Below are positions 54,984-63,336 of a stretch of 64,000 nucleotides of DNA, one piece after another. The translations under genes and the position numbers were made by a program. The DNA comes from a virus. Its lineage: Duplodnaviria > Caudoviricetes. The stretch lies in the IMG/VR virus record IMGVR_UViG_3300030106_005551, positions 6,887 through 70,886 of that record; one strand, given 5' to 3'. The notes under the pieces were generated by a model. The model ran no database searches and was not told where the DNA came from. It saw only the letters and a program-made list of their open reading frames with translations. Positions within the stretch are counted from its first letter, which is position 1. Each line of letters starts with the position of its first letter.

Positions 54984-55249
54984 CAGCATTAGATGTAGAA
55001 AAATACATATGCAAAACATATGGAAAAGAAGCATTAAAACACGATCCACATGCATTAGCAGAAGCAATAAATCAAACACAACAGGATATGGATTATTCTG
55101 ACGAGTGGCATTTATTTCATTTATTAATTGAAAACAGGCCAATACCATCTTTGTATACACATAGTTATGGGTTTCATACAGCAAATGGTAGAGGTATAAT
55201 AGAAAGAATTAAAAGTTATTATTATGAAAACATATCAAGTAGCAATTAA
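54980..55249 (+). CDS. Hypothetical protein
   Basis: ORF track. Confidence 0.6.
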   Translation: MTALDVEKYICKTYGKEALKHDPHALAEAINQTQQDMDYSDEWHLFHLLIENRPIPSLYTHSYGFHTANGRGIIERIKSYYYENISSSN

Positions 55250-55430
55250 CAGAACATATACAACATATATTACATTAAAATTTCCAAATGATGGTAGAAA
55301 TCATATGGACATTATTAGTGAAAAAATAAACAAAGGCGATCAAGACATATGGGATTTAATAGCTGAAAAAGAGCTAGAACAAATGGAAACTAGTAATGAA
55401 GACTGGGAAATATCAGAATTAACAAAATAA
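55224..55430 (+). CDS. Hypothetical protein
   Basis: ORF track. Confidence 0.6.
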   Translation: MKTYQVAINRTYTTYITLKFPNDGRNHMDIISEKINKGDQDIWDLIAEKELEQMETSNEDWEISELTK

Positions 55431-55441
55431 AATAAATAATT

Positions 55442-55927
55442 ATGGGAACAAGAAGTTTAACTTACATAGAAGAATCATGGGAAACTGCGGTTGCCGATGA
55501 AGAAAATAATAACAAAGTACATAAAACAACACAAAACATACTTTGTATGTATCGTCAGTATGATGGCTACATGAGTGGTCATGGTGCAGAACTTGCTGAG
55601 TTTTTGCAAGACTTTAATATCGTTAATGGTATGAAGCTAAATGATCCACCACGCACTGCAAACGGCATGGGGTGTTTAGCAGCACAATTAATTGTACATT
55701 TTAAAGCAAGCGCATGTAAAGATGATGGCACGCCAACGTCTGAACCAGGCGGTATATATGTATATCATCCTGAAGCTAAAGATTATGGTGAAGAATTTAC
55801 TTATACTATTTATACAAAAGGCAAAGGAAATATATATATTCGTGCTTATGATGTATGGGCAGAAAAAGTTATATTTGATGGTACTCCAGAAGAATTATTA
55901 ACTAAATTAAAATTAGATTATGCTTAA
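55442..55927 (+). CDS. Conserved phage early protein of unknown function
   Basis: MGTRS..YRQYDGY..G.ELAEFL..ANGMGCLAAQL pattern. Confidence 0.7.
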   Translation: MGTRSLTYIEESWETAVADEENNNKVHKTTQNILCMYRQYDGYMSGHGAELAEFLQDFNIVNGMKLNDPPRTANGMGCLAAQLIVHFKASACKDDGTPTSEPGGIYVYHPEAKDYGEEFTYTIYTKGKGNIYIRAYDVWAEKVIFDGTPEELLTKLKLDYA

Positions 55928-56789
55928 TACAGAACAAATTTTAGAACAAAATGGACTTAACTGGAATGTAGTTAAAAAGCCATTAATATATGCAGGCGAA
56001 TGTACGCCTGAAGCAAATAATGGATTACATCACACTCCATATTATGGCATAGTAAGAGAAGATACAGGTGAAGTATTTACTACAGTATCAGAAAGTTATG
56101 AGCCTACACAAAATCATACAATTATTGAAACTATGCAAGAGATTGCAGAAGATAATGAATTAGATATTGTAAAAGCCATACCATTACATGGGGGTAGAAA
56201 AGTTGTAGTTCAAATGAAACGTCCTGATAATATAAATGTTATTGGAGGGGAAACAACAGAAGAGTATATTTATGCAATTAATGGACATGATGGTAGTTCT
56301 TCATTAAAATTTGGCTTTATGAATAAAGTAATATTTTGTCAAAATCAATTTGCATGGTTATCAGGTAATGCTTTTTCTGGCTATAGACATACAAAATCTA
56401 TACAAAATAAAGTAAAACAATTGCCTAAAATAATTAACTTTACAGATCAGTATGATAAAATTGCTGATTTAAAAGATTTTGCTGAACAATCTGCTTCACC
56501 AAGCCTTATAATTGATTTAGTTAATTATTTATTTAACACAGACAGATTAGCAAAAGATGAGGATATTTCTTCTAAAAAGTATAATATGATACATGACATA
56601 ACAACATGTATAGATGCTGAAATGAGTAGAATATCACATACTAAATGGGGTGTTTTTAATGGTGTTACAAAATATACTACACATAAAAAATCATCTCCTA
56701 ATAGAAAAAACGGACAACAAGAGTCTATACTAACAGGATCTTGTGGTAAAATGAATGAAAAAGCTTTTAAGTTTTTAAAAGCATACTAA
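55920..56789 (+). CDS. DUF932/DUF945 (TIGR03299-like) phage/plasmid protein
   Basis: GLNWNVVKKP, YEPTQN, INGHDGSSS, IFCQNQ, RHT, TKWGVFNGVT. Confidence 0.85.
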   Translation: MLNTEQILEQNGLNWNVVKKPLIYAGECTPEANNGLHHTPYYGIVREDTGEVFTTVSESYEPTQNHTIIETMQEIAEDNELDIVKAIPLHGGRKVVVQMKRPDNINVIGGETTEEYIYAINGHDGSSSLKFGFMNKVIFCQNQFAWLSGNAFSGYRHTKSIQNKVKQLPKIINFTDQYDKIADLKDFAEQSASPSLIIDLVNYLFNTDRLAKDEDISSKKYNMIHDITTCIDAEMSRISHTKWGVFNGVTKYTTHKKSSPNRKNGQQESILTGSCGKMNEKAFKFLKAY

Positions 56790-56798
56790 TAGAAGCGA

Positions 56799-56819
56799 GG
56801 GGGTTAACACCCCCTTTTT
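56799..56819 (+). terminator. Intrinsic terminator
   Basis: GGGGG-TTAACA-CCCCC followed by T5. Confidence 0.75.
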
Positions 56820-56834
56820 CTACTTATTAATAAC
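56820..56834 (+). promoter_or_regulatory. Early-region motif copy 6 (CTACTTATTAATAAC)
   Basis: Immediately after the terminator, before the ATG at 56848. Confidence 0.5.
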
Positions 56835-56847
56835 TAAAAAATAAAAT

Positions 56848-57009
56848 ATGAAATTAATAGTATTAGATTTTTTTAAAGACATAACCTATATATATACAAT
56901 AGGAAAAAGAATAAACGATACTGATGTGGAGGCGTTGTTAAAAGATATGGGGCATCGCCCTTCAAATTGCCAATGGATGTTGACACATAACGAAATAATA
57001 ATAAAATAA
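56848..57009 (+). CDS. Hypothetical protein, 53 aa (not in track)
   Basis: MKLIVLDFFKDITYIYTIGKRINDTDVEALLKDMGHRPSNCQWMLTHNEIIIK; TAATG overlap with the next gene. Confidence 0.65.
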   Translation: MKLIVLDFFKDITYIYTIGKRINDTDVEALLKDMGHRPSNCQWMLTHNEIIIK

Positions 57010-57236
57010 TGAACTATGATAAATGGAAGTTAAGCAACCCAGTAGATGATGGTTATGGATATGACATGGTATCATCATGTTGCGGTACACACTATGACGA
57101 AGACGAAGATAACGTTACATGGTGCGCAGACTGTGGTAATGATTGTAATATAATAGAAGACTACGAATACGAAGCTATACGTAGAGAAAATTATTTGGAA
57201 GAAAGGGCAGACGCTATGCGAAAATATAAAGAATAA
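57009..57236 (+). CDS. Small Cys-rich acidic protein
   Basis: SSCCG..CADCGNDC. Confidence 0.7.
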   Translation: MNYDKWKLSNPVDDGYGYDMVSSCCGTHYDEDEDNVTWCADCGNDCNIIEDYEYEAIRRENYLEERADAMRKYKE

Positions 57237-57239
57237 TTT

Positions 57240-57247
57240 TATATTTG
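57240..57247 (+). promoter_or_regulatory. Bacteroidota -7 promoter box TATATTTG
   Basis: Intergenic, 19 nt before the dnaB start. Confidence 0.6.
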
Positions 57248-57266
57248 TTAGCTTAAACAAAATCGT

Positions 57267-58556
57267 ATGGACAATAAAACAATAGAAAAAACATTACTGG
57301 GCAAACTTATAGTTGATCCAGAATTAATAGACAAATTTTCACAACTTTTACACGAAAATTTATTTGAACACGATTTTCACAGGTCTACATATCACGCCCT
57401 TATAGAGTTAAAAAATAAAAATAGGCCTGTAGATCTACTAACTGTTTCTAAGCTAATTAAAGGCGACAATGTAGTCTTAGAATTATCATATATGACTGAC
57501 AAAGCTTATGATTTTATGGAGGTTATTACATGTATAGGAGTTTTAACAGAAGCGTTTCAAAAAAGAACCTTAACAGGAATAGTACACAATGTCCATAATC
57601 AATTAACTAATCAAGAAGAGTTAGAATTAATTATTGGAAATTTAAATACAGAAATTTCTAAATTACAGCTTGGGTCTCCTGAAGTTTTAGGCGATATAGG
57701 AACGCAAATAAAAAACTTTTTAGACGACATAGAAAAAAGAATGAACACTGATGGATTGCTTGGTATTGCTTCTGGATTTCAAGATATAGACAGATTTACA
57801 GGTGGCTGGCAAGAAACAGATTTAATTATAGTTGGTGGAGCATCATCTATGGGTAAAACAAGTTTTGCACTTGCACTTGCTTATAATGCTGCAAAATTTA
57901 CAAATACATCAACTGTAATATTTTCTTACGAAATGTCAGCTATACAGCTTTTAAGAAGATTGGCATCTATGGAGTCTGAAATTAGTAATAAATATATAAC
58001 TAATGGAACGTTAAACTCTGAAGAATTAGCTAAAATACACAAAGCTATTGGTAATATAGAAAATATACCACTTCATATAGACGAGGGTAGCGTTACTTCT
58101 TTAGGTTATTTAATATATAGAATAAAAGAATATGTTAAAAATAAAGCTGTTAAATTAGTAATGATTGATTATTTGCAATTAGTAAGCTCTAAAAATAAAG
58201 CTGGTAGTAGAGAGCAAGAAGTTAGTAAGGTAGCTAGAACGCTAAAAAATTTAGCTAAAGAGTTAAATATTACAGTAATAGCACTAAGTCAACTTAATAG
58301 AGGTGTAGGAATGAGAAACAATAGTAAACCAACATTGTCAGATCTTAGAGAGTCAGGAGAAATAGAACAAGCAGCAGATGTAGTTATGCTTATATATCGT
58401 CCTGAGTATTATGGTATAGAATTTAATGACGATGGAAAAGAAAGCAAGGGTACCGCCAACATTATATTTGCAAAAGGCAGAAATATAGGCGTTGGAGAAG
58501 TTACCTTAAGTTTTAAAAGTGAAATAACAAAATTTATAGATTATGAAAAAAATTAG
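57267..58556 (+). CDS. dnaB: Replicative DNA helicase
   Basis: GGASSMGKT Walker A, FSYEMS, IDYLQL, LSQLNR, LSDLRESGEIEQAADVV, IIFAKGRN. Confidence 0.95.
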   Translation: MDNKTIEKTLLGKLIVDPELIDKFSQLLHENLFEHDFHRSTYHALIELKNKNRPVDLLTVSKLIKGDNVVLELSYMTDKAYDFMEVITCIGVLTEAFQKRTLTGIVHNVHNQLTNQEELELIIGNLNTEISKLQLGSPEVLGDIGTQIKNFLDDIEKRMNTDGLLGIASGFQDIDRFTGGWQETDLIIVGGASSMGKTSFALALAYNAAKFTNTSTVIFSYEMSAIQLLRRLASMESEISNKYITNGTLNSEELAKIHKAIGNIENIPLHIDEGSVTSLGYLIYRIKEYVKNKAVKLVMIDYLQLVSSKNKAGSREQEVSKVARTLKNLAKELNITVIALSQLNRGVGMRNNSKPTLSDLRESGEIEQAADVVMLIYRPEYYGIEFNDDGKESKGTANIIFAKGRNIGVGEVTLSFKSEITKFIDYEKN

Positions 58557-58704
58557 TTTGATAGGTAAGTATCCTATTATATTTACTGTATTAATAGCTG
58601 CTATTATTTTTGTCTTAGGACCTATAGTATTTGCTTTAATTATTGCAGGAATTATTGTACTTCCAATGTATTTAGCTGTTCAAATACTTGGAGATTCTGA
58701 ATAA
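58543..58704 (+). CDS. Small hydrophobic membrane protein, 53 aa (not in track)
   Basis: MKKISLIGKYPIIFTVLIAAIIFVLGPIVFALIIAGIIVLPMYLAVQILGDSE. Confidence 0.65.
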   Translation: MKKISLIGKYPIIFTVLIAAIIFVLGPIVFALIIAGIIVLPMYLAVQILGDSE

Positions 58705-58709
58705 TATCG

Positions 58710-58717
58710 TATATTTG
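58710..58717 (+). promoter_or_regulatory. Bacteroidota -7 promoter box TATATTTG
   Basis: CTTG at 58687-58690 lies 19 nt upstream; 7 nt before the ATG at 58725. Confidence 0.7.
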
Positions 58718-58724
58718 CCCTAAT

Positions 58725-58964
58725 ATGGACAAGAAAAAAAGGGGCATATCTAAAGTAAAATCAATTATAAATGAGATTGCTTACGATTTAGGAATTGACA
58801 AAAAACTTGTTAGACAAGTATTGCTTTTAACATTTAAAGAATTAGCTGTTACTTTATTGCTTAAAGGTAGACCTGTTATGATAAGGAGATTTGTAAAATT
58901 TGTAGTAGCTGCAGTAGCAGTCAAGAAAATGAAAAAATCAAAACAAAAAGAAACATCAGAATGA
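58725..58964 (+). CDS. HU/IHF-like DNA-binding protein (short)
   Basis: IINEIAYDLGIDKKLVRQVL..F..L..GRPVMIRRFVKF. Confidence 0.7.
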   Translation: MDKKKRGISKVKSIINEIAYDLGIDKKLVRQVLLLTFKELAVTLLLKGRPVMIRRFVKFVVAAVAVKKMKKSKQKETSE

Positions 58965-59452
58965 ATTTAAACGATTTAAAAAAAGAACTACCGTATAAGT
59001 GGCGTGTACAGTCCACTAAATATGGAAAAACAACCTGTGTAGCGTACATAGACGCTAGAGATTGCCAAGACTTACTAGATGAAGTATGCGGTCCAGAAAA
59101 CTGGCAAAGTATATTCTATGAAGAGAATGGCTTACTGTTCTGTAAAGTAGGCATTTGCTGTGATGCAAAAGATAATGAATCTGAAGTAGCATATCACCAA
59201 TGGGTGTGGAAATCAGACACAGGATCAGAATCTAATGTAGAAAAAGATAAAGGGCATGTATCAGATGCATTTAAACGTGCGTGTGTATCATGGGGAATAG
59301 GTAGATTCTTGTATAGACTACCAATACAAACTTTAACTACAAAACAATGGAAGGGTAAGGACTATCCTTATGCTCCAGAAAAAGATAAAATTATATTTGA
59401 TGGCGATACGCTTACAAAATATATTAATTGGAAAATTAAAAACAATAAATAA
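58961..59452 (+). CDS. Rad52/22-family (Sak-like) single-strand annealing protein
   Basis: AYIDAR, LDEVCGPENWQ, WVWKSDTG, KGHVSDAFKRACVSWGIGRFLY. Confidence 0.9.
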   Translation: MNLNDLKKELPYKWRVQSTKYGKTTCVAYIDARDCQDLLDEVCGPENWQSIFYEENGLLFCKVGICCDAKDNESEVAYHQWVWKSDTGSESNVEKDKGHVSDAFKRACVSWGIGRFLYRLPIQTLTTKQWKGKDYPYAPEKDKIIFDGDTLTKYINWKIKNNK

Positions 59453-59453
59453 C

Positions 59454-59705
59454 ATGGGACCACAACATAAATGGAACGTAGAGCAAATGCTAAAAAAAGC
59501 GCACGAAAAAAAAGAATATTCGTCTGCATTACCAAAAAACAGTATTAATACTCCGTTAAATCCATCAATAGAAGAGCTTCTTCCAAAACTAGATCATTAT
59601 CGTGAAGAAAATGAAAGGTTAAGAAATAATAATGAAAATTATAAATTAGATTTAATAGAAGCTAGACAAAAATTACATAATATATTAGAAATTATAAATA
59701 AATAA
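59454..59705 (+). CDS. Coiled-coil hypothetical protein (start revised from 59370)
   Basis: ATG at 59454 lies 2 nt after the Rad52 stop, avoiding an 83-nt overlap. Confidence 0.6.
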   Translation: MGPQHKWNVEQMLKKAHEKKEYSSALPKNSINTPLNPSIEELLPKLDHYREENERLRNNNENYKLDLIEARQKLHNILEIINK

Positions 59706-59707
59706 AT

Positions 59708-60283
59708 ATGGCACTACCATTTAATTTAAACACAACAACAACAGGAAGGGCAAAAGGTGAAAAAATAGAATATATTGAACCAGGAGCCCATGAATGTAAA
59801 ATTACAGGCTTAACAACTTCAGAAAATTTAGAAAACTACAATGGATCTCCATTTATACAATATGCTGTTACAAGTAATGGCAAGGTTGGTAGATGTAGAT
59901 TTTGGGTGGTTAAAGAATCTGACAAAACATCTACAAGAGAATGGAAAACAAAACAAATAAAAGATTTTCTTGTAAATGCTGGAGTAAGAGATTTTAGTGA
60001 TGATAGTAAAGCAATGAATGATGCTATCGGAAAAAGTCTAATGTGTACATTTATATCTGAAGAGTATATAGGTGTAAACAAAGAAAATGAAGAGCCAGTT
60101 ATAAGAACTGCTACTAAATATAGATGGTCTGCAAAAGTTGGAGGTAAATGTACATATAATAATGATATGAACAAAACCTTGACTAATGAAGAAATGGCTG
60201 ATTTTACAAGCAAACACGCTACATGGGGCAGACAAAATGCTATAGTGCAAGACGCTGCTAATGATGAAGACATGCCGTTCTAA
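59708..60283 (+). CDS. Phage SSB-like protein (DUF669-like)
   Basis: YIEPGAHECKIT N-terminus, acidic tail ending EDMPF, beside the annealing protein. Confidence 0.7.
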   Translation: MALPFNLNTTTTGRAKGEKIEYIEPGAHECKITGLTTSENLENYNGSPFIQYAVTSNGKVGRCRFWVVKESDKTSTREWKTKQIKDFLVNAGVRDFSDDSKAMNDAIGKSLMCTFISEEYIGVNKENEEPVIRTATKYRWSAKVGGKCTYNNDMNKTLTNEEMADFTSKHATWGRQNAIVQDAANDEDMPF

Positions 60284-60403
60284 AGATATATAAATGAGAG
60301 AGATAACAGATCCCTAGGATCAGGTAAGTGTCCTACTAGATAGGTTAAACTTTTAAGATTTAAGTGCGCCAAATTCCAAGGGTGAAACTCTCAAATTTAT
60401 TAT

Positions 60404-60411
60404 TATCTTTG
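60404..60411 (+). promoter_or_regulatory. Bacteroidota -7 promoter box TATCTTTG
   Basis: 4 nt before the ATG at 60416. Confidence 0.7.
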
Positions 60412-60415
60412 CAAT

Positions 60416-60781
60416 ATGGCAGAGATTTTCATAGCAGGAAATGTCCCATCTAGTAAAAACGGAAAACGATGGACAGGAAAGTATTTAATTCATTCTAAAA
60501 CAGTTATGAATTATATAAAAAAAACAAAACAAGACTGGATTAACAACAAAGAAAAGTTTATAGAACAAATAAAAGACAAGAAAATGCCATACAAAATAGA
60601 ATTTACATTTATAAGAAATAGCAGAAGAAAGTTTGATTATATAAATCCTTGTCAGACTGTTCAAGACTTAATGGTTACATACAATTATATAGATGATGAT
60701 AATTGTGATTGCGTAATACCTAGCTTTGGGGAATACAAATACGATAAAGAAAATTCAGGAGTAAAAATTAAAATACTATGA
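60416..60781 (+). CDS. rusA: RusA-like Holliday junction resolvase
   Basis: GNVPSSKN, RRKFDYIN..QDL..IDDDN. Confidence 0.75.
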   Translation: MAEIFIAGNVPSSKNGKRWTGKYLIHSKTVMNYIKKTKQDWINNKEKFIEQIKDKKMPYKIEFTFIRNSRRKFDYINPCQTVQDLMVTYNYIDDDNCDCVIPSFGEYKYDKENSGVKIKIL

Positions 60782-61221
60782 CACAAAATCAAGCTTTATT
60801 AGACTTTTTTATTGCATATTGCAATAGAGTTGATTTAACTATAGAGCAATTATATTCTAAATCAAAAAAAAGAGAATTAGTAGAAAAAAGAATGGTTTTA
60901 GTTTATGTTCTAAGAAAGTCAATAGGAATGACTTTTCATAATATAGCTAATGCTTTAGAAAAAAATCATGCAACTATGATACATGCGGTAAAAAGTATAG
61001 AAAATTTTATAAAAGTATATCCACATATACAAAAAATGTATGATATGGCAGAAGAATGCTTAATTGATCATAAACAAAATCTAATAGAATATTATAATTC
61101 TCCAATTTTAACAGAAATAGAGAGAAATAAACAGCTAGTAGATATATTATTAGATAATAATGATAGATTAAAATTACAAATAAAACAACTTAAAAGTGAA
61201 TTAAATGGCGTTAAAGAATAA
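60778..61221 (+). CDS. Stand-alone DnaA domain IV (HTH) protein with coiled coil
   Basis: SKSKKRELVEKRMVLVYVLR..MTFHNIA..KNHATMIHA. Confidence 0.8.
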   Translation: MTQNQALLDFFIAYCNRVDLTIEQLYSKSKKRELVEKRMVLVYVLRKSIGMTFHNIANALEKNHATMIHAVKSIENFIKVYPHIQKMYDMAEECLIDHKQNLIEYYNSPILTEIERNKQLVDILLDNNDRLKLQIKQLKSELNGVKE

Positions 61222-61552
61222 AAAAGAAAAAATAAAAATTATGGGAGTTCAATATAAAGTAGAAAAACCTATATCTGAAACAATGAAAGCTATGTCAGAT
61301 GCTTTAAGATCGCATGAAGTAGCATTACTTACGTGGGTTCATAAAGATTACGACAACAATGGTAAATTTGACGACCAAGACGTTGAAGAGTTTAGAAAAA
61401 GTCTTAATGAATATTGCTTGCAAATACCAGAAGCAAGTAATATTTTAAAAAGGATGGACGAACTTGATAAACAAGTAGAAAAAGAAAACAAAGAAAAGGA
61501 AAGTAAAAAAGTTCAAAACAAACAAGAGAAAGATTCGGGAGCAAAAGAATAA
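61205..61552 (+). CDS. Hypothetical protein
   Basis: ORF track. Confidence 0.6.
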   Translation: MALKNKKEKIKIMGVQYKVEKPISETMKAMSDALRSHEVALLTWVHKDYDNNGKFDDQDVEEFRKSLNEYCLQIPEASNILKRMDELDKQVEKENKEKESKKVQNKQEKDSGAKE

Positions 61553-61557
61553 TTTAC

Positions 61558-61565
61558 TACTTTTG
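61558..61565 (+). promoter_or_regulatory. Bacteroidota -7 promoter box TACTTTTG
   Basis: Intergenic, before a two-hairpin leader. Confidence 0.55.
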
Positions 61566-61610
61566 TAGAACTTTCTTGTCCATGTTCACATGGTTTTTGT
61601 TTTGATTGCA

Positions 61611-61638
61611 TTGGGGCCTTCCTTCGGGAAGGTCTTAA
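61611..61638 (+). other. 12-bp cUUCGg stem-loop
   Basis: TTGGGGCCTTCC-TTCG-GGAAGGTCTTAA; no U-tract. Confidence 0.75.
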
Positions 61639-61655
61639 TGTCTACAAAGTAAAAT

Positions 61656-62465
61656 ATGAAATTAATAGAAAATCACAACTTAACACAAAACAACTATTAT
61701 AATGATACAGAATATGTGTCAAATAGTATGTTAAACAATCTTACTGGTAAATCACCAGAATATTTTAGGTTTGTAATGGATAATCCACAGCCTAGCACGC
61801 CAGCTATGAAATTTGGATCAGCATTACACATGAATGTATTACAGCCTGAAGAGTTTAATAAAAACTATGCAGTAGCTCCAAAGTTTGATAAACGAACTAA
61901 ACAGGGCAAGGCAGACTATACAGAATTTACCAACAATAACATGTTAAAAACTGTTATATCAGAACAAGAATATAACCTAATAGAACAAATGACTCAAAAA
62001 ATAATGAGAGATTCTGACGCTAAATTATTGTTAAGTAATGGTATAAAAGAACACATTATAGCTTGGAAAAATGAAGAGTATAATGTAAAATGCAGAGGTA
62101 TGCTTGATGTATATAATAAAGATGCTGATATTATAGTAGATCTTAAGACAACACAAGATAGCTCTTATTATGGCTTTGCAAGCTCTGTAAAGAAGTTTAA
62201 GTACTACAAGCAGGCCGCCTTCTATATGGACGCTGTAAGGGCTCAGGAGTTCTATATTGTGGCTATAGAAAAAAATCCACCATTTAGTATTAATATAATA
62301 CAATTAGGAGATAATCTTATAGATATGGGTAGGGATTTGTATAACACCGACCTAAAAATATATAAATATTGTCTTGATAATGATTATTGGCCTAGCCAAG
62401 GATTTGATTATCTTGACAAGAAATCAGAAAGAACTATACATATAATGAACGAAGATATATTATGA
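61656..62465 (+). CDS. RecE/ExoVIII-like PD-(D/E)xK exonuclease (DUF3799-like)
   Basis: VSNSML, FGSALH, CRGMLD, IVDLKTT, YYKQAAFY. Confidence 0.9.
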   Translation: MKLIENHNLTQNNYYNDTEYVSNSMLNNLTGKSPEYFRFVMDNPQPSTPAMKFGSALHMNVLQPEEFNKNYAVAPKFDKRTKQGKADYTEFTNNNMLKTVISEQEYNLIEQMTQKIMRDSDAKLLLSNGIKEHIIAWKNEEYNVKCRGMLDVYNKDADIIVDLKTTQDSSYYGFASSVKKFKYYKQAAFYMDAVRAQEFYIVAIEKNPPFSINIIQLGDNLIDMGRDLYNTDLKIYKYCLDNDYWPSQGFDYLDKKSERTIHIMNEDIL

Positions 62466-62656
62466 AAATACCAAGAGGAAGAACACCAAAAGGAGCAGTA
62501 AAAGCATATAATGCAGAAGGCAATTTTATAGGATTTGTATTTAAGAATTTTTATGATAAAATTACTTATGATATTGCAAAAAAAGACAGAAAAGATAGAA
62601 AAGAACGTCAAGACAAGGCAATAGAAATGATTATGAACGGAGAAATTAAAGATTAA
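62462..62656 (+). CDS. Hypothetical protein
   Basis: ORF track. Confidence 0.55.
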   Translation: MKIPRGRTPKGAVKAYNAEGNFIGFVFKNFYDKITYDIAKKDRKDRKERQDKAIEMIMNGEIKD

Positions 62657-62659
62657 AAA

Positions 62660-63052
62660 ATGAAAAATTCAGTAGTATTTGAAGGAGGTATTGATAAAGT
62701 CAGTACCTTAGCAGACGGGAGCCTACGTATCTATGTAGGCACTCCTGAGCTAGCACACGAAACTATGGTTAATCTATTTGGATTAATTAAAAAGCCTGGT
62801 TATGTATTAATATCGGCAAACCATATTAATCAAGACCAGATAGACGCTGTAGAAAAAGCTACAGCAAATACAGAGTTTAGCGAAAAAACGCCTAGCCAAA
62901 GAATGAGGGGTGTTTTGTATAAAATATGGGAAAAAACACAACCTAAAACAATGAATGGCGATACAGGTGAAATAGAATATGTTGATTTTGACTTATTTTA
63001 TAAAAGACAAATGAATAAAATTATAGATCATTTTAAAAGTAAATTAGATTAA
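62660..63052 (+). CDS. Conserved phage hypothetical protein
   Basis: STLADGSLRI, KTPSQRMRGVLY. Confidence 0.7.
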   Translation: MKNSVVFEGGIDKVSTLADGSLRIYVGTPELAHETMVNLFGLIKKPGYVLISANHINQDQIDAVEKATANTEFSEKTPSQRMRGVLYKIWEKTQPKTMNGDTGEIEYVDFDLFYKRQMNKIIDHFKSKLD

Positions 63053-63336
63053 TGATAAAACACAGTAAATATTATTATGAAAAAGATAGAAATATGTATG
63101 TAACAAACACAACATTAGATAAAAGAATACCTACTTATTATATAGGTAAACATCACGGCTATGAAGCCCGTAAAGTAGTAGAAGATTTTGAACTATCTTA
63201 TAATGTGGGGACAGCAGTAACATATCTTTTGCGCGCAAACCGCAAGCATGACACTCCAATAGATTGTATAAAAAAAGCAATAACTCATTTAGAATTTGAA
63301 TTAGAAAAAATAAATAATGAAAATTCGGAAGATTAA
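63052..63336 (+). CDS. DUF3310-family protein
   Basis: P.YY..YEARKVVE..YNVGTAVTYLLRA..K..DCIKKA..LEFE. Confidence 0.8.
   Translation: MIKHSKYYYEKDRNMYVTNTTLDKRIPTYYIGKHHGYEARKVVEDFELSYNVGTAVTYLLRANRKHDTPIDCIKKAITHLEFELEKINNENSED

Noticed and set aside
45697-58556. Inteins or introns in terL and dnaB, common in crAss-like phages
   Set aside because: Both have normal length with contiguous motifs and no LAGLIDADG or C..HN junctions.
60295-60393. tRNA or hammerhead ribozyme
   Set aside because: No TTCGA T-arm, D-arm or 7-nt anticodon loop; GAAAC is present but the CTGANGA core and NUH site are missing.
51481-62611. Minus-strand and out-of-frame ORFs in the early/replication region (e.g. 59836..60273, 54360..54584, 62031..62303)
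   Set aside because: They overlap well-supported plus-strand genes.
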